A stretch of 63,093 nucleotides of DNA, filler included, from Octopus bimaculoides (taxonomy: Eukaryota), in assembly GCF_001194135.2 (NCBI RefSeq). It is 9 parts of 8 records of this genome, joined end to end, with 100 filler letters (N's around TTAATTAATTAA, not from the genome) between each part and the next. Parts side by side here need not be neighbours in the genome. Positions count along the whole stretch, not along the records: positions 12,501 to 21,237 come from NC_068982.1; positions 21,338 to 27,858 come from NC_068984.1; 7 more parts are not named here. One strand, 5' to 3'. A program made the position numbers and the translations under genes. The notes beneath the pieces were generated by a model, which searched no databases, had not been told where the DNA came from, and was given only the letters and a program-made list of their open reading frames with translations. Shown piece after piece: positions 13,857 to 25,593 of the stretch (the first letter of the stretch is position 1; each line of letters starts with the position of its first letter).

Positions 13857-14160
13857 TATAGAACGAATTATCGAAAAGAAACAGTTAATGTTCCTAGAAG
13901 AAGATGACTTACTGAACGGTACACAGCAAAGTGGATTTAAAGACCCACAGCTCTTCAATGCCCTGCCGCGAAAATTAAGAAATTTACACACTGTAGATAT
14001 CTTCAAAAAGGTACTGGAAATATTCTTCTCGTCCATACCGGATGAACCAGTGGCCCGGCATGAGGTACAGATGAGGGCATCCGTATCAAACGCCCTCATA
14101 CACCAGAAAGGTCAACAGACAAGGGAAAAGCACATAAGAGGACTGATTCTATGAAATACC
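13857..14160 (+). mobile_element. CR1/L2-like LINE fragment: duplicated RT start fused to ORF2 C-terminus
   Basis: 13857-13928 repeats 12677-12750, then jumps to FKDPQLFNALPRKLRNL...IPDEP. Confidence 0.75.
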
Positions 14161-14257
14161 ATCATCCTCAAGAAATTAGCCAAAGAATAATCCTGTCCAA
14201 GGTGTGCCTGTTCACGCCTCTAGAGATTGTTGAAGTGTCATCTCTATATAGGCCAAA

Positions 14258-14960
14258 GCGGGCCGGACAAAATGCTTAGCAGCATTTCGTGCGTCTTTAC
14301 TTTCTAAGTTCATATTCGTCGAGGTCGACTTTGTCTTTTATCCTCTCAGGATCGATAAAACAAGTACCAGTTAATCACTGGGGCTGATGATATCGAAACC
14401 CCTCCCACCAAATTGTTAGTGAGTTCCTTTAATTATGAACATCAACGCCTCTAATTTTGCACCGTACTTTATTAATTTTCTGATAAAATTTAGAATTTTG
14501 TTTGATAATATTGTTTATGGTATTCAGGAGACGAGCTGGCAGAATCCTTAGAACGCCGGACAAAATACTTTGCAGCATTTCACCCGTTTTTACGATCTGT
14601 GTTCTAATTCTACCGAGGTTGATTTTAGCCTTTCATCCTTTCGGAAATCGATAAAATAAGTACCAGTTCGTACTGGGGTCAGTGCACAAAACTTTCTCCC
14701 ATCCCCGAAATTGCTGGCCTTGTGTCAAAATTTGAAAATAATATTGTTTAAAGCATTAAGCCGGCGAGCTGACGTAATTGTTAGCATACTGGTCAAAATG
14801 CTTAGGGCATTATGTTCATCTTCATGCCCTGGGTTCAAATTCTGCCGCGGTTGACTTTGCTTTTCATCTTTTCGGGGTCGATAAATATGTACCAACTGAT
14901 CAGTGGAGTCGATGTAAACGATATATCCCTCACTTGAAATTGCTGGCCTTGTGCCCTCTT
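14258..14960 (+). mobile_element. SINE family B, three head-to-tail copies
   Basis: Each has gccggacaaaatgcttag...gttc(a)aattc.gccgaggtcgactttg.ctttcatcctttcggggtcgataaa..aagtaccag...ctggggtc; starts near 14258, 14527 and 14759. Confidence 0.85.
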
Positions 14961-16526
14961 AATTGAATGAGACCTAAGCTGTTTTACCTCGTCATACCAA
15001 ACGTGCAAACAAATATTTTTTTACTAAAAATGTCAACAATTTTCTCTTTGACGTATAGTGGGGAATAGTGGAAGGTAATCCTGCTTGTCGTACTAGCATT
15101 AACGCTGAGTCAGTCATTTGCTTTGGAGCTTTTGCTTAGCAAAGCAAAAACGTCCACCTCTCCCAGTCACCCCCCACGAGACAACAGGACATCGTTGCTT
15201 TGACAGTTACTTATTGAGGACGAAAAGTGGCGAGAGGTTTTGTAAGAGCAACAACCTGTCGATCAGTAATGACAACAACAATAACAACATTCAGTGGGAA
15301 CAGAAAGTTATTAAAAACAGCAACACCAAAGGCAGAAATAAGAACATCAGCAACAACGCACCCAGAAAAAGTGACGACGACGATGACAACAAGGATGATG
15401 ACGACTGCTGCAACAACAACAACATCAACAACAATAAGACTAAATGCTGAAGTGATAAGAGCAATGACATGCAAAGTGGCAACAAAAATACAATCACTGC
15501 AACCACCACCACCACCACCACCACNNNNNNNNNNNNNNNNNNNNNNNNNNNNNNNNNNNNNNNNNNNNNNNNNNNNNNNNNNNNNNNNNNNNNNNNNNNN
15601 NNNNNNNNNNNNNNNNNNNNNNNNNNNNNNNNNNNNNNNNNNNNNNNNNNNNNNNNNNNNNNNNNNNNNNNNNNNNNNNNNNNNNNNNNNNNNNNNNNNN
15701 NNNNNNNNNNNNNNNNNNNNNNNNNNNNNNNNNNNNNNNNNNNNNNNNNNNNNNNNNNNNNNNNNNNNNNNNNNNNNNNNNNNNNNNNNNNNNNNNNNNN
15801 NNNNNNNNNNNNNNNNNNNNNNNNNNNNNNNNNNNNNNNNNNNNNNNNNNNNNNNNNNNNNNNNNNNNNNNNNNNNNNNNNNNNNNNNNNNNNNNNNNNN
15901 NNNNNNNNNNNNNNNNNNNNNNNNNNNNNNNNNNNNNNNNNNNNNNNNNNNNNNNNNNNNNNNNNNNNNNNNNNNNNNNNNNNNNNNNNNNNNNNNNNNN
16001 NNNNNNNNNNNNNNNNNNNNNNNNNNNNNNNNNNNNNNNNNNNNNNNNNNNNNNNNNNNNNNNNNNNNNNNNNNNNNNNNNNNNNNNNNATATAAACGAA
16101 ATTGTTACAAACACAAATATGGACGCACATACTTACATATAAGCACGAACACATAAGTGCGTGCACACATATGAGCGTGCACACATACGAGCTTGCACAC
16201 ACTCACATGCTCATACCAAACAGTTTCGAAACAACGCTAAAACAACGCCAGATCATACATTCAAAATAAATGGAAGTGGAGAGACAAGTTACTGAAGAGA
16301 TTGCAAGAGTGCAATGAAATAATTTAACAAAAAACTATATAAATTAATAAAGGACTGAACCAGTGCGTGTGTTTATTACCGGCATAATGCCTCTCCCAAG
16401 GTTTAATTGTATTAGAATAAATGTTTTACTTGATAACATTCTTTTTTTATCTGTCCATGTGAAGTCAACTAGTAATGTTTAATTTCGGTGCAAAGTTTGC
16501 AAGTAATTTTTTTATATATAAACATA

Positions 16527-16929
16527 GGCGTAGGAGCGGCTGTGTGGTAAGTACCTTGCTTACGAACCACATGGTTCCAGGTTCAATCCCACTGCATGAC
16601 ACCTTGGGCAAGTGTCTACTACTATAGCCTCGGGCTGACCAAAGCCTTGTGAGTGAATTTTGTAGGTGGAAAAAGCCCGTCGTATATATGTGTATATATA
16701 TGTATGTGTGTGTATATGTTTGTGTGTCTGTGTTTGTCTCCCCAACATCGCTTGACAACCGATGGTGGTGTGTTTACGTCCCCGTAACTTAGCGGTTCGG
16801 CAAAAAAGACCGAAAGAATAAGTACGAGGCTTACAAAGAATAAGTCCTGGGGTCGATTTGCTCGACTAAAGGCGGTGCTCCAGCATGGCCACAGTCAAAT
16901 GACTGAAACAAGTAAAAGAGTAAAGAGTA
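16527..16929 (+). mobile_element. SINE family A, near full length
   Basis: tRNA-like head (A box TGGCTGTGTGG-like, B box GGTTCAATCCC), CORE-like accttgggcaagt, central (TA)/(TG) tract, tail ggcggtgctccagcatggccacagtcaaatgactgaaacaagtaaaagag. Confidence 0.9.
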
Positions 16930-17084
16930 TACATACATACATACATACATACATGCATGCATGCATACATACGACGCGCGCGCACACTCACACATACACG
17001 TACATAATACATACATACATACATACATACATACATACATACATACATAACGTGCACATTAACGTGTGATAGTCGATAAGCCTC

Positions 17085-17665
17085 GTCTCTAGCGTTTTAC
17101 AAGTACTTTATCAACCCCCTCCCCCCACCACCACCAGGATAGAAGTAAAAGATAATCTCATCGGAATTTGAACTCAGAATGTAAATAGCCGGAAATATTG
17201 TAAATCATTTGTCCGACATTCTAAAGATTCTTTTAATCTACCGCTCTGCTCTTGCCATTTAATATTAATTTTATCCTTTGCTTAGCAGCATTTCTTCCGA
17301 CTATACGTTCTGAATTCAACTTCCACCGAGGTCGACTTGGTCTTTCATCTCTTTGGGGTCAATAAAGTATGTACTAGTTGAGCTCTGGGGTCGATGTAAC
17401 TGACTTAGCTTCTCACCGGAAATTGTTGGCCTTCTGCTAAAATTTGAAACCAATTACGCAGCGAACTGGCAAGATCGTTATCGCGCCGGACAAAATGCTT
17501 GATAGCGTTTCTTCCGACATTATGCTCTGAATTCAAATTCTGCTAAGTTGACTTTGCTTTTCATCCTTTCGCAATCGATAAAATAAGCACCAGTCGAGGA
17601 GGGGTGGCGGTCAATGTGATCAACTTATCTCCTCCACCGAAATTGCTGCCTTAGTGCCAAAACTT
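17085..17665. mobile_element. SINE family B cluster (one minus, two plus copies)
   Basis: Family B core on the minus strand at about 17085-17245 and on the plus strand at about 17275-17455 and 17457-17665. Confidence 0.75.
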
Positions 17666-17776
17666 TAAAATCAAAATTATCATTTGCAAAACACGTCCGG
17701 AGTTATCGCCCCTACTGGTAAAGGACTAAAATATTTGCCGTTGAGTGAATATTTTATAATACGCAACTGTTATTAA

Positions 17777-18067
17777 CCCATTACCTACCAGTGATCTCAT
17801 ATGAGATCAATTAAAAATTACAAATTTCGTAATTATCTGTCAATATTTACACATATCTAACCTTTTTGCTATATCTACTAGGTATATTTCTCTGATATTC
17901 AAATGAGGTTTGCTAATTTTTCACCCAATATCTCGCTTATTTCTATTTAAAATGTTATTTTGAAATGTTATTTTGATCATTCCAGCGCGTTTCTAAGGCT
18001 GTTTTATGCTAGAAATCAAAGTTTCATAAAAAAAATTCCAGTTAATAGAATTATGGGAGGTAATGGG
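17777..18067. mobile_element. piggyBac-type MITE
   Basis: TTAA|CCCATTACCTACCA ... TGGGAGGTAATGGG|TTAA: 13/14 terminal inverted repeat and TTAA target-site duplication. Confidence 0.85.
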
Positions 18068-18880
18068 TTAATAATATTCAAGTTCTATTAATTACGAGAC
18101 TTTTTTTTTCATTACTACTGCGATTGTTATTATCACTGGTGCCTTTTATCACATCACTGACCATATTTATTTATTCTGTATATGTTGAACATAGACCGGC
18201 TCAATTAAACGCATTGTTAGTTCTTTCTTATATCATTTGTCCAGGGATGAGCAACATACCGATTTCTCACATGAGTGTAAACCTATACATTTAGCAAGGA
18301 TGGCGGGTAGAATATTCGTTATTATCGACCCCACTTTAACTAGTACTTATTCTGTAGACTGTCCATAACGAAGATAAGTAAAGAACTGTAAACGAATACC
18401 GCATCACATTTTCTTCGATAGTGTTTAAAACATCCCTCGATTCATTGCACGAAAAGAAAAAAATAAAAGAAAGGACTCTTCCACGGCATGTGAAGCTTAA
18501 TTCCTCGCAGTCTGAACGATTGAGTTAACTATTACACATACTGCTCGTCAAATTATACTCTTTTTCATTTACTGCGATATCTACGACACAAGCTGGATTT
18601 TTATGTGTTCAATTTTAAACACACTTCCACTCACTTAAGTGTATTCTTTTATTTCATTAATGGTGTCAAACAAGGCCAGCAACTATGCTGGAGCACAACA
18701 TTCAAGGAGAATTTTCATCGATTACAAGAGCAGTAACGGTTACTTGTATAAAGGGACGCAACTCAGTGTAACATACTATCGAATTATCAATTTTCTATTT
18801 TTTTTTTTCTATCTTTGATGTACGACGCACAAAAATAAGCACACTAATTGATACATATACACCCATATACTCATATACAT

Positions 18881-19253
18881 TGTTGTTGTTGGCACTCCGT
18901 CGCTTACGACGTCGAGGGTTCCAGTTGATCCGATCAACAGAACAGCCTGCTCGTGAAATTAACATGCAAGTGGCTGAGCACTCCACAGACACGTGTACCG
19001 TTAAAGTAGTTCTCGGGGATATTCAGCGTGACACAGTGTGACAAGGCTGACCTTTTGAATTACAGGCACAACAGAAACAGGAAGAAAGAGTGAGAGAAAG
19101 TTGTGGTGAAATAGTACAGCAGGGTTCGTCACCATCCCCTGGAACTTTTAGATGTTTTCGCTCAATAAACACTCACAACGGTCTGGGAATCGAAACCGCG
19201 ATCCTATGACTGCGAGTCCGCTGCCCTAACCACTAGGCCACTGCGCCTCCACC
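18881..19253 (-). mobile_element. SINE family C, full length
   Basis: Minus-strand head GGTGGAGGCGCAGTGGCCTAGTGGTTAGG...GGTTTCGATTCCC (A and B boxes), (ACA)n tail, perfect 11-bp TSD CTCATATACAT at 18870-18880 and 19254-19264. Confidence 0.9.
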
Positions 19254-19298
19254 CTCATATACATACCTCCTCAAATACGTGTCTACAAGTGTGTATAA

Positions 19299-19341
<43 letters not shown>

Positions 19342-19507
19342 CATACATACATACATACATACATACATACATACACAGAGGACAGACAGACAAACACACA
19401 CGCATGCAGACACAGACACACACACACATACACACAGAGGCAGATGTATTTGTTATGCATGTATGTATGTATAATATTATTTTCTACACTTATTGCTGTC
19501 ATCAGTC

Positions 19508-20276
19508 TGTGGTATGAAGACGTTCCCGGACTAGTTCTGTAGCGTGCAAACAAAGGGCAGCAATGTGTCGTAGGCAATATGTCGTACGCAATGTTTCGAG
19601 TGGCACGGGGGCTTCAAAACCGGAAGTACGTCCCTGGAAGACGATAAGCAATCTGAAAGACCTGCCACGAGCGTCACCCCTGGAAATGTGGTAGTGCACA
19701 TCGAGAATTCGTCTCCCAGGGTCAAACCACCAATCGTGATGTTTTAAAGCGTCTGAGAGAGGACATTCCGCGAAAGCGACTGCATCTGTGAAGCGCGAAG
19801 AATTGGATTCTACATCGAATTCTCCTCACTCACGAGTTTTTCGCAAAAAACAACATGGTATTGCTTCCGCAGACCTTCATCTTTTCCCCAACCAGCTTAA
19901 AGGTCGCCATTTTAACACCGCTGTGGAGATCCAGAGCGAATCGCACAAGGTCCTCGACTCGTTTATGGAAAATGACTTCCAGGCCGGACTCCAAAACTAG
20001 TAGGAATGCTGGTACCGGTATATTACTGCTCAAGGTGACTATTTCCAAGGAGTTAAAACCTAGGTAAATAAGTCATTTTTCATTTTTTTTAATTAAAAAT
20101 AACTAATCGTAGGAGTGGCTGTGTGGTAAGTAGCTTGCTTACCAACCACATGGTTCTGGGTTCAGTCCCACTGCGTGGCACCTTGAGCAAGTGTCTTCTA
20201 CTATAGCCTCGGGCCGACGAAAGCATTGTGAATGGATTTGGTAGGCGGAAACTGAAAGAAGCCCGTCGTATATATG

Positions 20277-20315
<39 letters not shown>

Positions 20316-20534
20316 ACGTTTGTGTTTGTCCCCCAACATCGCTCGACAACCGATGCTGGTGTGTTTACGTCCCCGTAACATAACGGTTCGGCAATAGAGA
20401 CCGATAGAATAAGTACTAGGCTTACAAAGAATATGTCTTGGGGTCGATATGCTCGACTAAATGCGGTGCTCCAGCATGGCCACAGAGTAAAAGAGTAAAA
20501 GAGTAGTCCGGGAACCTTTTGATGCCACCTTGTA
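19508..20534 (+). mobile_element. mariner transposon fossil, internally deleted
   Basis: RTQCFEWHGGFKTGSTSLEDDKQSERPATS and VLKRLREDIPRKR...; ends gtggtatgaagacgttcccggact and agtccgggaaccttttgatgccac are imperfect inverted repeats, with TA at the right end. Confidence 0.85.
20108..20504 (+). mobile_element. SINE family A inserted at the mariner right TIR
   Basis: Complete family A structure lying between aataacta and agtccggg of the mariner end. Confidence 0.9.
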
Positions 20535-21237
20535 TATTACATGTACAAATGTAGAGCTGAAATGTTTGCTTTACAATTATGTGGTTCTTCGTTCGATCAC
20601 ACTGTGGAGCACCCTAAAGGTTTCTTTCATTAGCAGTCTCCAATTGACCAAAGTTCTCTGAATGAAACTGATTGGACGGAAGCCCGTCGTATTGTAATTG
20701 TTTATGGGAGATGTGACGGCCATAATTAGTCACTATGTTTAACACAACTACCTGTCGTTCATTTGGTAGGTTTTGTGTAGTGCACCCTTCTATTATATGG
20801 AAAAGTCTATTCTTATGGAAAAGTCTATTCTTGATTTGATGCGTTGCTTTCTACTTTAGCAGCTAAGCAAACGAAATATTTCATTATCATTCCTCGTCAG
20901 TTTGGACTTCCTCAAAAAGAAAAAAAAAAAAAAGAAAAGAAACTGAGTGCTACTCTCGCTTGTCTGATAAAGCAATGAAGACGCACAACTAACCATATGC
21001 CTATAAGTGTGGTGTGGATGCGTGCGTGCACGCATGTGTGTGTGTGTGTGTGTGTGTGTGAGCAAGTCTGTGTAGGTAAACCTGTACATGTATGTGTGCA
21101 TGTCTACAATAACATCTGAACCACATAAGTACTTATATCGGCTATAAAGGAGAGGAAGGGAGAGAAATGAAATTTATACCTATCGTAATTCTTTCCTGTG
21201 ATATAGTGGCACGCACACATGCACACACACACGTATA

Positions 21238-21337
21238 NNNNNNNNNNNNNNNNNNNNNNNNNNNNNNNNNNNNNNNNNNNNTTAATTAATTAANNNNNNN
21301 NNNNNNNNNNNNNNNNNNNNNNNNNNNNNNNNNNNNN
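21238..21337. other. Artificial contig-join spacer
   Basis: 44 N + TTAATTAATTAA + 44 N. Confidence 0.95.
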
Positions 21338-21710
21338 AATCCGAATTTCATATCTATTTCCTTGGTAAAGCCGTGTACTGTCTGTAGTAGTATTTTCTAG
21401 CTCTTTGTCGTTTTTAGCATATAATTTTAGGTCATCCATATATAGAAGGTGGCTGACTGTTTTTCCGTAGCATTTGTAACCACATCCAGTTCTATTTAGC
21501 AATTCTGTTAAAGGTGTGAGTGCCAGACAGAACAGGAGTGGAGAGAGCATGTCTCCCTGGAATATTCCTCTTTTAATGGGGATGGCTTTCGTTTTCACAA
21601 GTCCCTCTTTTGTTTCGAGCTGTAGCACTGTCTGCCATTTGTTCATTGAGTACCTTATGTATTTTATGATAATTGGTGCCACCTTGTTTATGGCTAGCGT
21701 TTCCAGAATC
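21338..21710 (-). mobile_element. R4/Dong-like non-LTR retrotransposon RT fragment
   Basis: IPIKRGIFQGDMLSPLLFCLALTPL...HLLYMDDLKLYAK (QGD.LSP and YMDD motifs); its upstream edge abuts (TAA)n. Confidence 0.85.
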
Positions 21711-21934
21711 CATTATTATTATTATCATTATTATTAAAGTCTTAGTAAGTAGGAATGCAGACAAATCACATGTCTCTTTAGGTAGATGGCCCTTCTCAAT
21801 CTGAAGAGAAATTGTAGGTAGTAACTCTGTAAGATGAACCCGGTGTAAGCTTTGGACACATAAAAGGTGCAGCAATATCAGAGGAAGGTTAACGGGGAAA
21901 ATAGATTTTGTGTATGATATATGTACAATGTACA

Positions 21935-22600
21935 GAAAATAAACTCCATCAACTGCCATGGGGGTAAGCTAGAGGTAGTAGATAACTTCCATTACCTAAG
22001 TGTTCAAGTTAGTAATGGAGGTGGGTGTTCTGAGACCGTAGCTGTGAGAATGAGATTAGGCTGGGCAAAGTTTAGAGAGCTCCTGCCTCTGCTGGCAACA
22101 AAGAGCCTCTTCTCAGAGTGAAAGGCAGATTGTATGATGCCTGTGTGCAAACAGCTATGCTACATGGCAGAGAAACATGAGCTGTGACAGCCGAGGACAT
22201 GCGTAGATTTGAAAAAAATGAAGTCAGTGTGCTTTGCTGGATGTGCAATGTCAGTGTGCATGTTCGATAGAGTGTAAGAATCTTGAGAGAAAAGTTAGGC
22301 ATAAGAGGAATCAGATGTGGTGTGCAAGAGAGACAAACTTGCTGGTATGGTCATGTGATGCATATGGATAAGGACAGTTGTGTAAAGAAGTGCTAATCCC
22401 TAATTGTGGTGGTAACTTGTGGTAGAGGTAGACCTAAGAAGGCATGGGATGAGGTGGTGAAGCATGACCTCTGAACTTTAGGCCTTACAGATGTAGTAAC
22501 TGAGACCTTTGGTATTATGTTCTGCTTGAAAAGAAGACCCATCAAACCAAGTAAAATCAGTCGTGGCAGATACCAGTGTCACATAAATGGCATAAATATT
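21935..22600 (+). mobile_element. RTE-clade LINE, ORF C-terminal remnant
   Basis: KLEVVDNFHYL...GGGCSETVAVRMRLGWAKFRELLPLL...KGRLYDACV...WYGHVM...GRGRPKKAWDEVV; stops and frameshifts present. Confidence 0.85.
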
Positions 22601-23149
22601 AAACTATATGCGGATTTATTTTATTATTGATCTTATTTTCTGTCCTATGCCTGAAAATCTTTTGTTACACATCTTGTGACGTCTTCAGTGACTCTACATC
22701 CCACATGTCTCCTCCCCCAAAATATAACAATATATATATATATATATATATTGTTATATTGTTCCTTCATCTGCCTTTGTCTTTTGTTTTCTTCAAATTT
22801 GAACTATATATATAGATATAGCTGTGTCCTTGAGCAGGGCCCTCCATAGCATGCTGATCCAGCCTACACAGATGCAAATGAGAATACTGTAGTGGATCAA
22901 GGGTGGGAGGGCCACATAAGTGCCTGTGTCTACACACACTTACATAGGCACATAAAGCAATTTGCAAAGTTGTCATTTATACTTGCTTGCAAGTGATGGT
23001 TAAGCTTTGAGCTTCTCTCTTTCTCTCTCTCTCTCACGCACACCACACACACACACTTTCTGTATGTATGTGTTTGTGTGTGTGTGTGTAAAGATATGTA
23101 TATATGTATAACTAAATGTATATATTTCAAATGTATTTTTTTTTTGCAG

Positions 23150-23391
23150 AAACTGTAACCAGTGCATGCGTGACTTATACTGTGGTTATTGCTACATGGA
23201 TACTTTCCGAGGCTCAGTCAATAGCTCTTGTTTACCAGCAGATTATGATAACCCTTGGTTATCAACCAAAGGCCGCTGCAATTCTACCTACTTACCTGGG
23301 AAACTTACCTGGGCCTATGACTACTGTCCTACACCATATGCCTGGATGCCAATGGTTGGATTAGTTCTTTATCTTGTTTTCTTTGCTCCAG
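23150..23391 (+). CDS. SLC2A13: Proton myo-inositol cotransporter (HMIT) internal exon: Cys-rich extracellular loop and following TM helix
   Basis: tttttgcag acceptor and G|GTATGG donor; phase-2 start then NCNQCMRDLYCGYCY...CLP...GRCNST...WAYDYCPTPYAWMPMVGLVLYLVFFAPG, matching the recognised HMIT motif WAY.FCPTPYSW..GL.LYLVFFAPG. Confidence 0.93.
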
Positions 23392-23647
23392 GTATGGTAC
23401 CACTCTTTGACTAGCTTGTATTACTTTTCATTGTGCCTGCTTCTAAAGTAGCAGTCTATTGTATTGTGTAGTGGTGCAGTGGTTATGTTAGCATAGTTGT
23501 GTAGGGGATGTAGTAGTGTTGTGGTGTGGTGTGTTAGTGGCAATTGTGTAGTGATGTACTGGCTGTAGTAAGCAGTGCATTAAATTGGCTGTAGTATGGA
23601 TGGGATGTGTTGGTGTAGTAGTGTGGTGGTGTATTGCATTGGCTGTG

Positions 23648-24322
23648 TGAAGGCACATAGCTTAGTGATTATTTGACTCACTATCATAAGGCCGTGAGTT
23701 CAATTCCAGACGGTAAGTTTTCTTTTCTTGTGTCCTTGAGCAAGACACTTTATTTTGCATTGCTCTCATCTACTCAGCTGGCAAAATTGAGTAGTACTTG
23801 TAATTAAAAGGACCAACCGTGTCACATTGTTTCACACTGAATCTCCCTGAGAACACAAATGTTTGTGGCGTACTCAGCCACTTGCATGTTAGTTTCACGA
23901 GCAGGCTGTTCCATTGATCAGATCAACTGGAATCCTTGTCATTGTAACCAGTGAGGTGCTAGTTTATTATGTTGGCTCTAGTAACTTAGTATAGGGAAGG
24001 CATGTGGCTTAGTGACTAGTGTATTTGGCTCACAATTATAAGGTCATGAGTTTGATTCCTGGTGATATGTTGTGTCCTTGAGCAAGACACTTCATTTCTC
24101 TTTGCTCCAGTTCACTCAGCTGGCAAAAATGTGTTATACCTGTAATTCAAAAGGGCCAGCCTTGTCACATATTGTATCATGCTGAATCTCCATGGGAAAT
24201 ACATTAAGAATAAATATGTCTGAGGAGTACTCAGCCACTTGCATGTTAATCTCACAAGCAAGCTGTTCCATTGATCGGATCAAGGGGAACTCATGTCATC
24301 GTAACCAATGGAGTACCAGTTA
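23648..24322 (+). mobile_element. SINE family C, two tandem degenerate copies in the HMIT intron
   Basis: Each has gtgtccttgagcaagacactt...cagccttgtcaca...actcagccacttgcatgtta.tttcac.agca.gctgttcc; starts near 23648 and 23993. Confidence 0.8.
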
Positions 24323-25250
24323 GTAACATAGTATAGGGGTGTGTTGGCAGCAGTATTATGGTGGTGTGTTAAGTCAGTTGTAGAAGTGAGTCTGTGGTAG
24401 TGTGGCAATCTCTTATGTTGACTGTAGTAATGTTGGTTACAGTAGTGTTGTGTTGCTGTAGTTGTGTGGTAGTGTGTTGGTTGTAGTACTGTAGCAGTGT
24501 GTTATTTTATTATATTATTAAACATTTACTGGTAAATATGTGTGATAATAATATCTCAGGTATCTATCAGCACAGATCTCATAGGATAGAATAGATCAAA
24601 GTTGGGGTGATATTAAAGACCCCAAATAAGAAGGTACTAAAGATTTCAGGTGAGTAACAGTATAAGCTATCAGTTATATGAAGGGGTGCTGAAAAGTTCC
24701 TGGCTTTGGGTAAAAGAAAATATAGGAAGATCAGTTAATTATGATTTTATTCAACATATTCCCCTCTCAGATTCATACACTGCTGTGATCTTTCAGTTTT
24801 TCTAAACCCTGTAAAAGAACTGGGAAGGTTGGGCCTCAACCAGGCCTTTTGCGATACCCTTAATGCCAGGAACTTTATTGCGCTCCCTCATATATAACTG
24901 TGTTGCCAACACAGTAATATATAATGGATATCTCATGCAAGAATTTGCTCTAAGTAATCCTAAATGATACTGCGTGTGAACTATGAAATTAACACTCAAC
25001 ATTGAGTGACACTCAACATTGAGTGACAGTCTAGTTTGGGGATAGTAAAATGAAAGTGGTAAGAGAGCTGCACTCAACTCTGAGTGGCAGTTCTGTTACT
25101 AAGTAATAAAGCATTAGAGCTGACTCGATTTCTGAATATTTTTTTGTGGTTTTACAATTGAAATAAGTTTAGGTTCTAATATACAAGACTGGTAAGAAAT
25201 CTTTTAATATGAATAAATCTTGAAAATCATATTGCTTTCTGATATTGCAG

Positions 25251-25403
25251 GAATGGGTCCTATGCCATGGACCATTAATTCTGAGATCTACCCATTGTGG
25301 GCACGAAGTACTGGCAATGCAGCAGGCACTTTTACTAACTGGTTTACCAATTTGATTGTGTCAATGTCTTTCCTTAGTCTGACAGAAGTTCTTACAAGAC
25401 ATG
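25251..25403 (+). CDS. SLC2A13: HMIT internal exon (153 nt)
   Basis: gatattgcag acceptor; phase-1 join completes Gly, then [50 protein letters not shown](G), containing the sugar-porter PW...SEIYP..AR motif; 3' end placed at G|GCAAGT by inference. Confidence 0.92.
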
Positions 25404-25552
25404 GCAAGTTTCCAATTCTATTTCTACATTTGTCCTTTAAATTCCTTCCTTTTATGCCAACATATTCACCCAATAAACATTTTTCAAACTTCAGAGAAGA
25501 TATTGCTAAAATGTTTTCCTTTGAAGTATATTGGATGCAGTCTTAAACTTTC

Positions 25553-25593
<41 letters not shown>

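Noticed and set aside
15227-15524. Thr/Asn/Asp-rich ORF
   Set aside because: Degenerate (AAC/GAC)n low-complexity sequence running into a gap.
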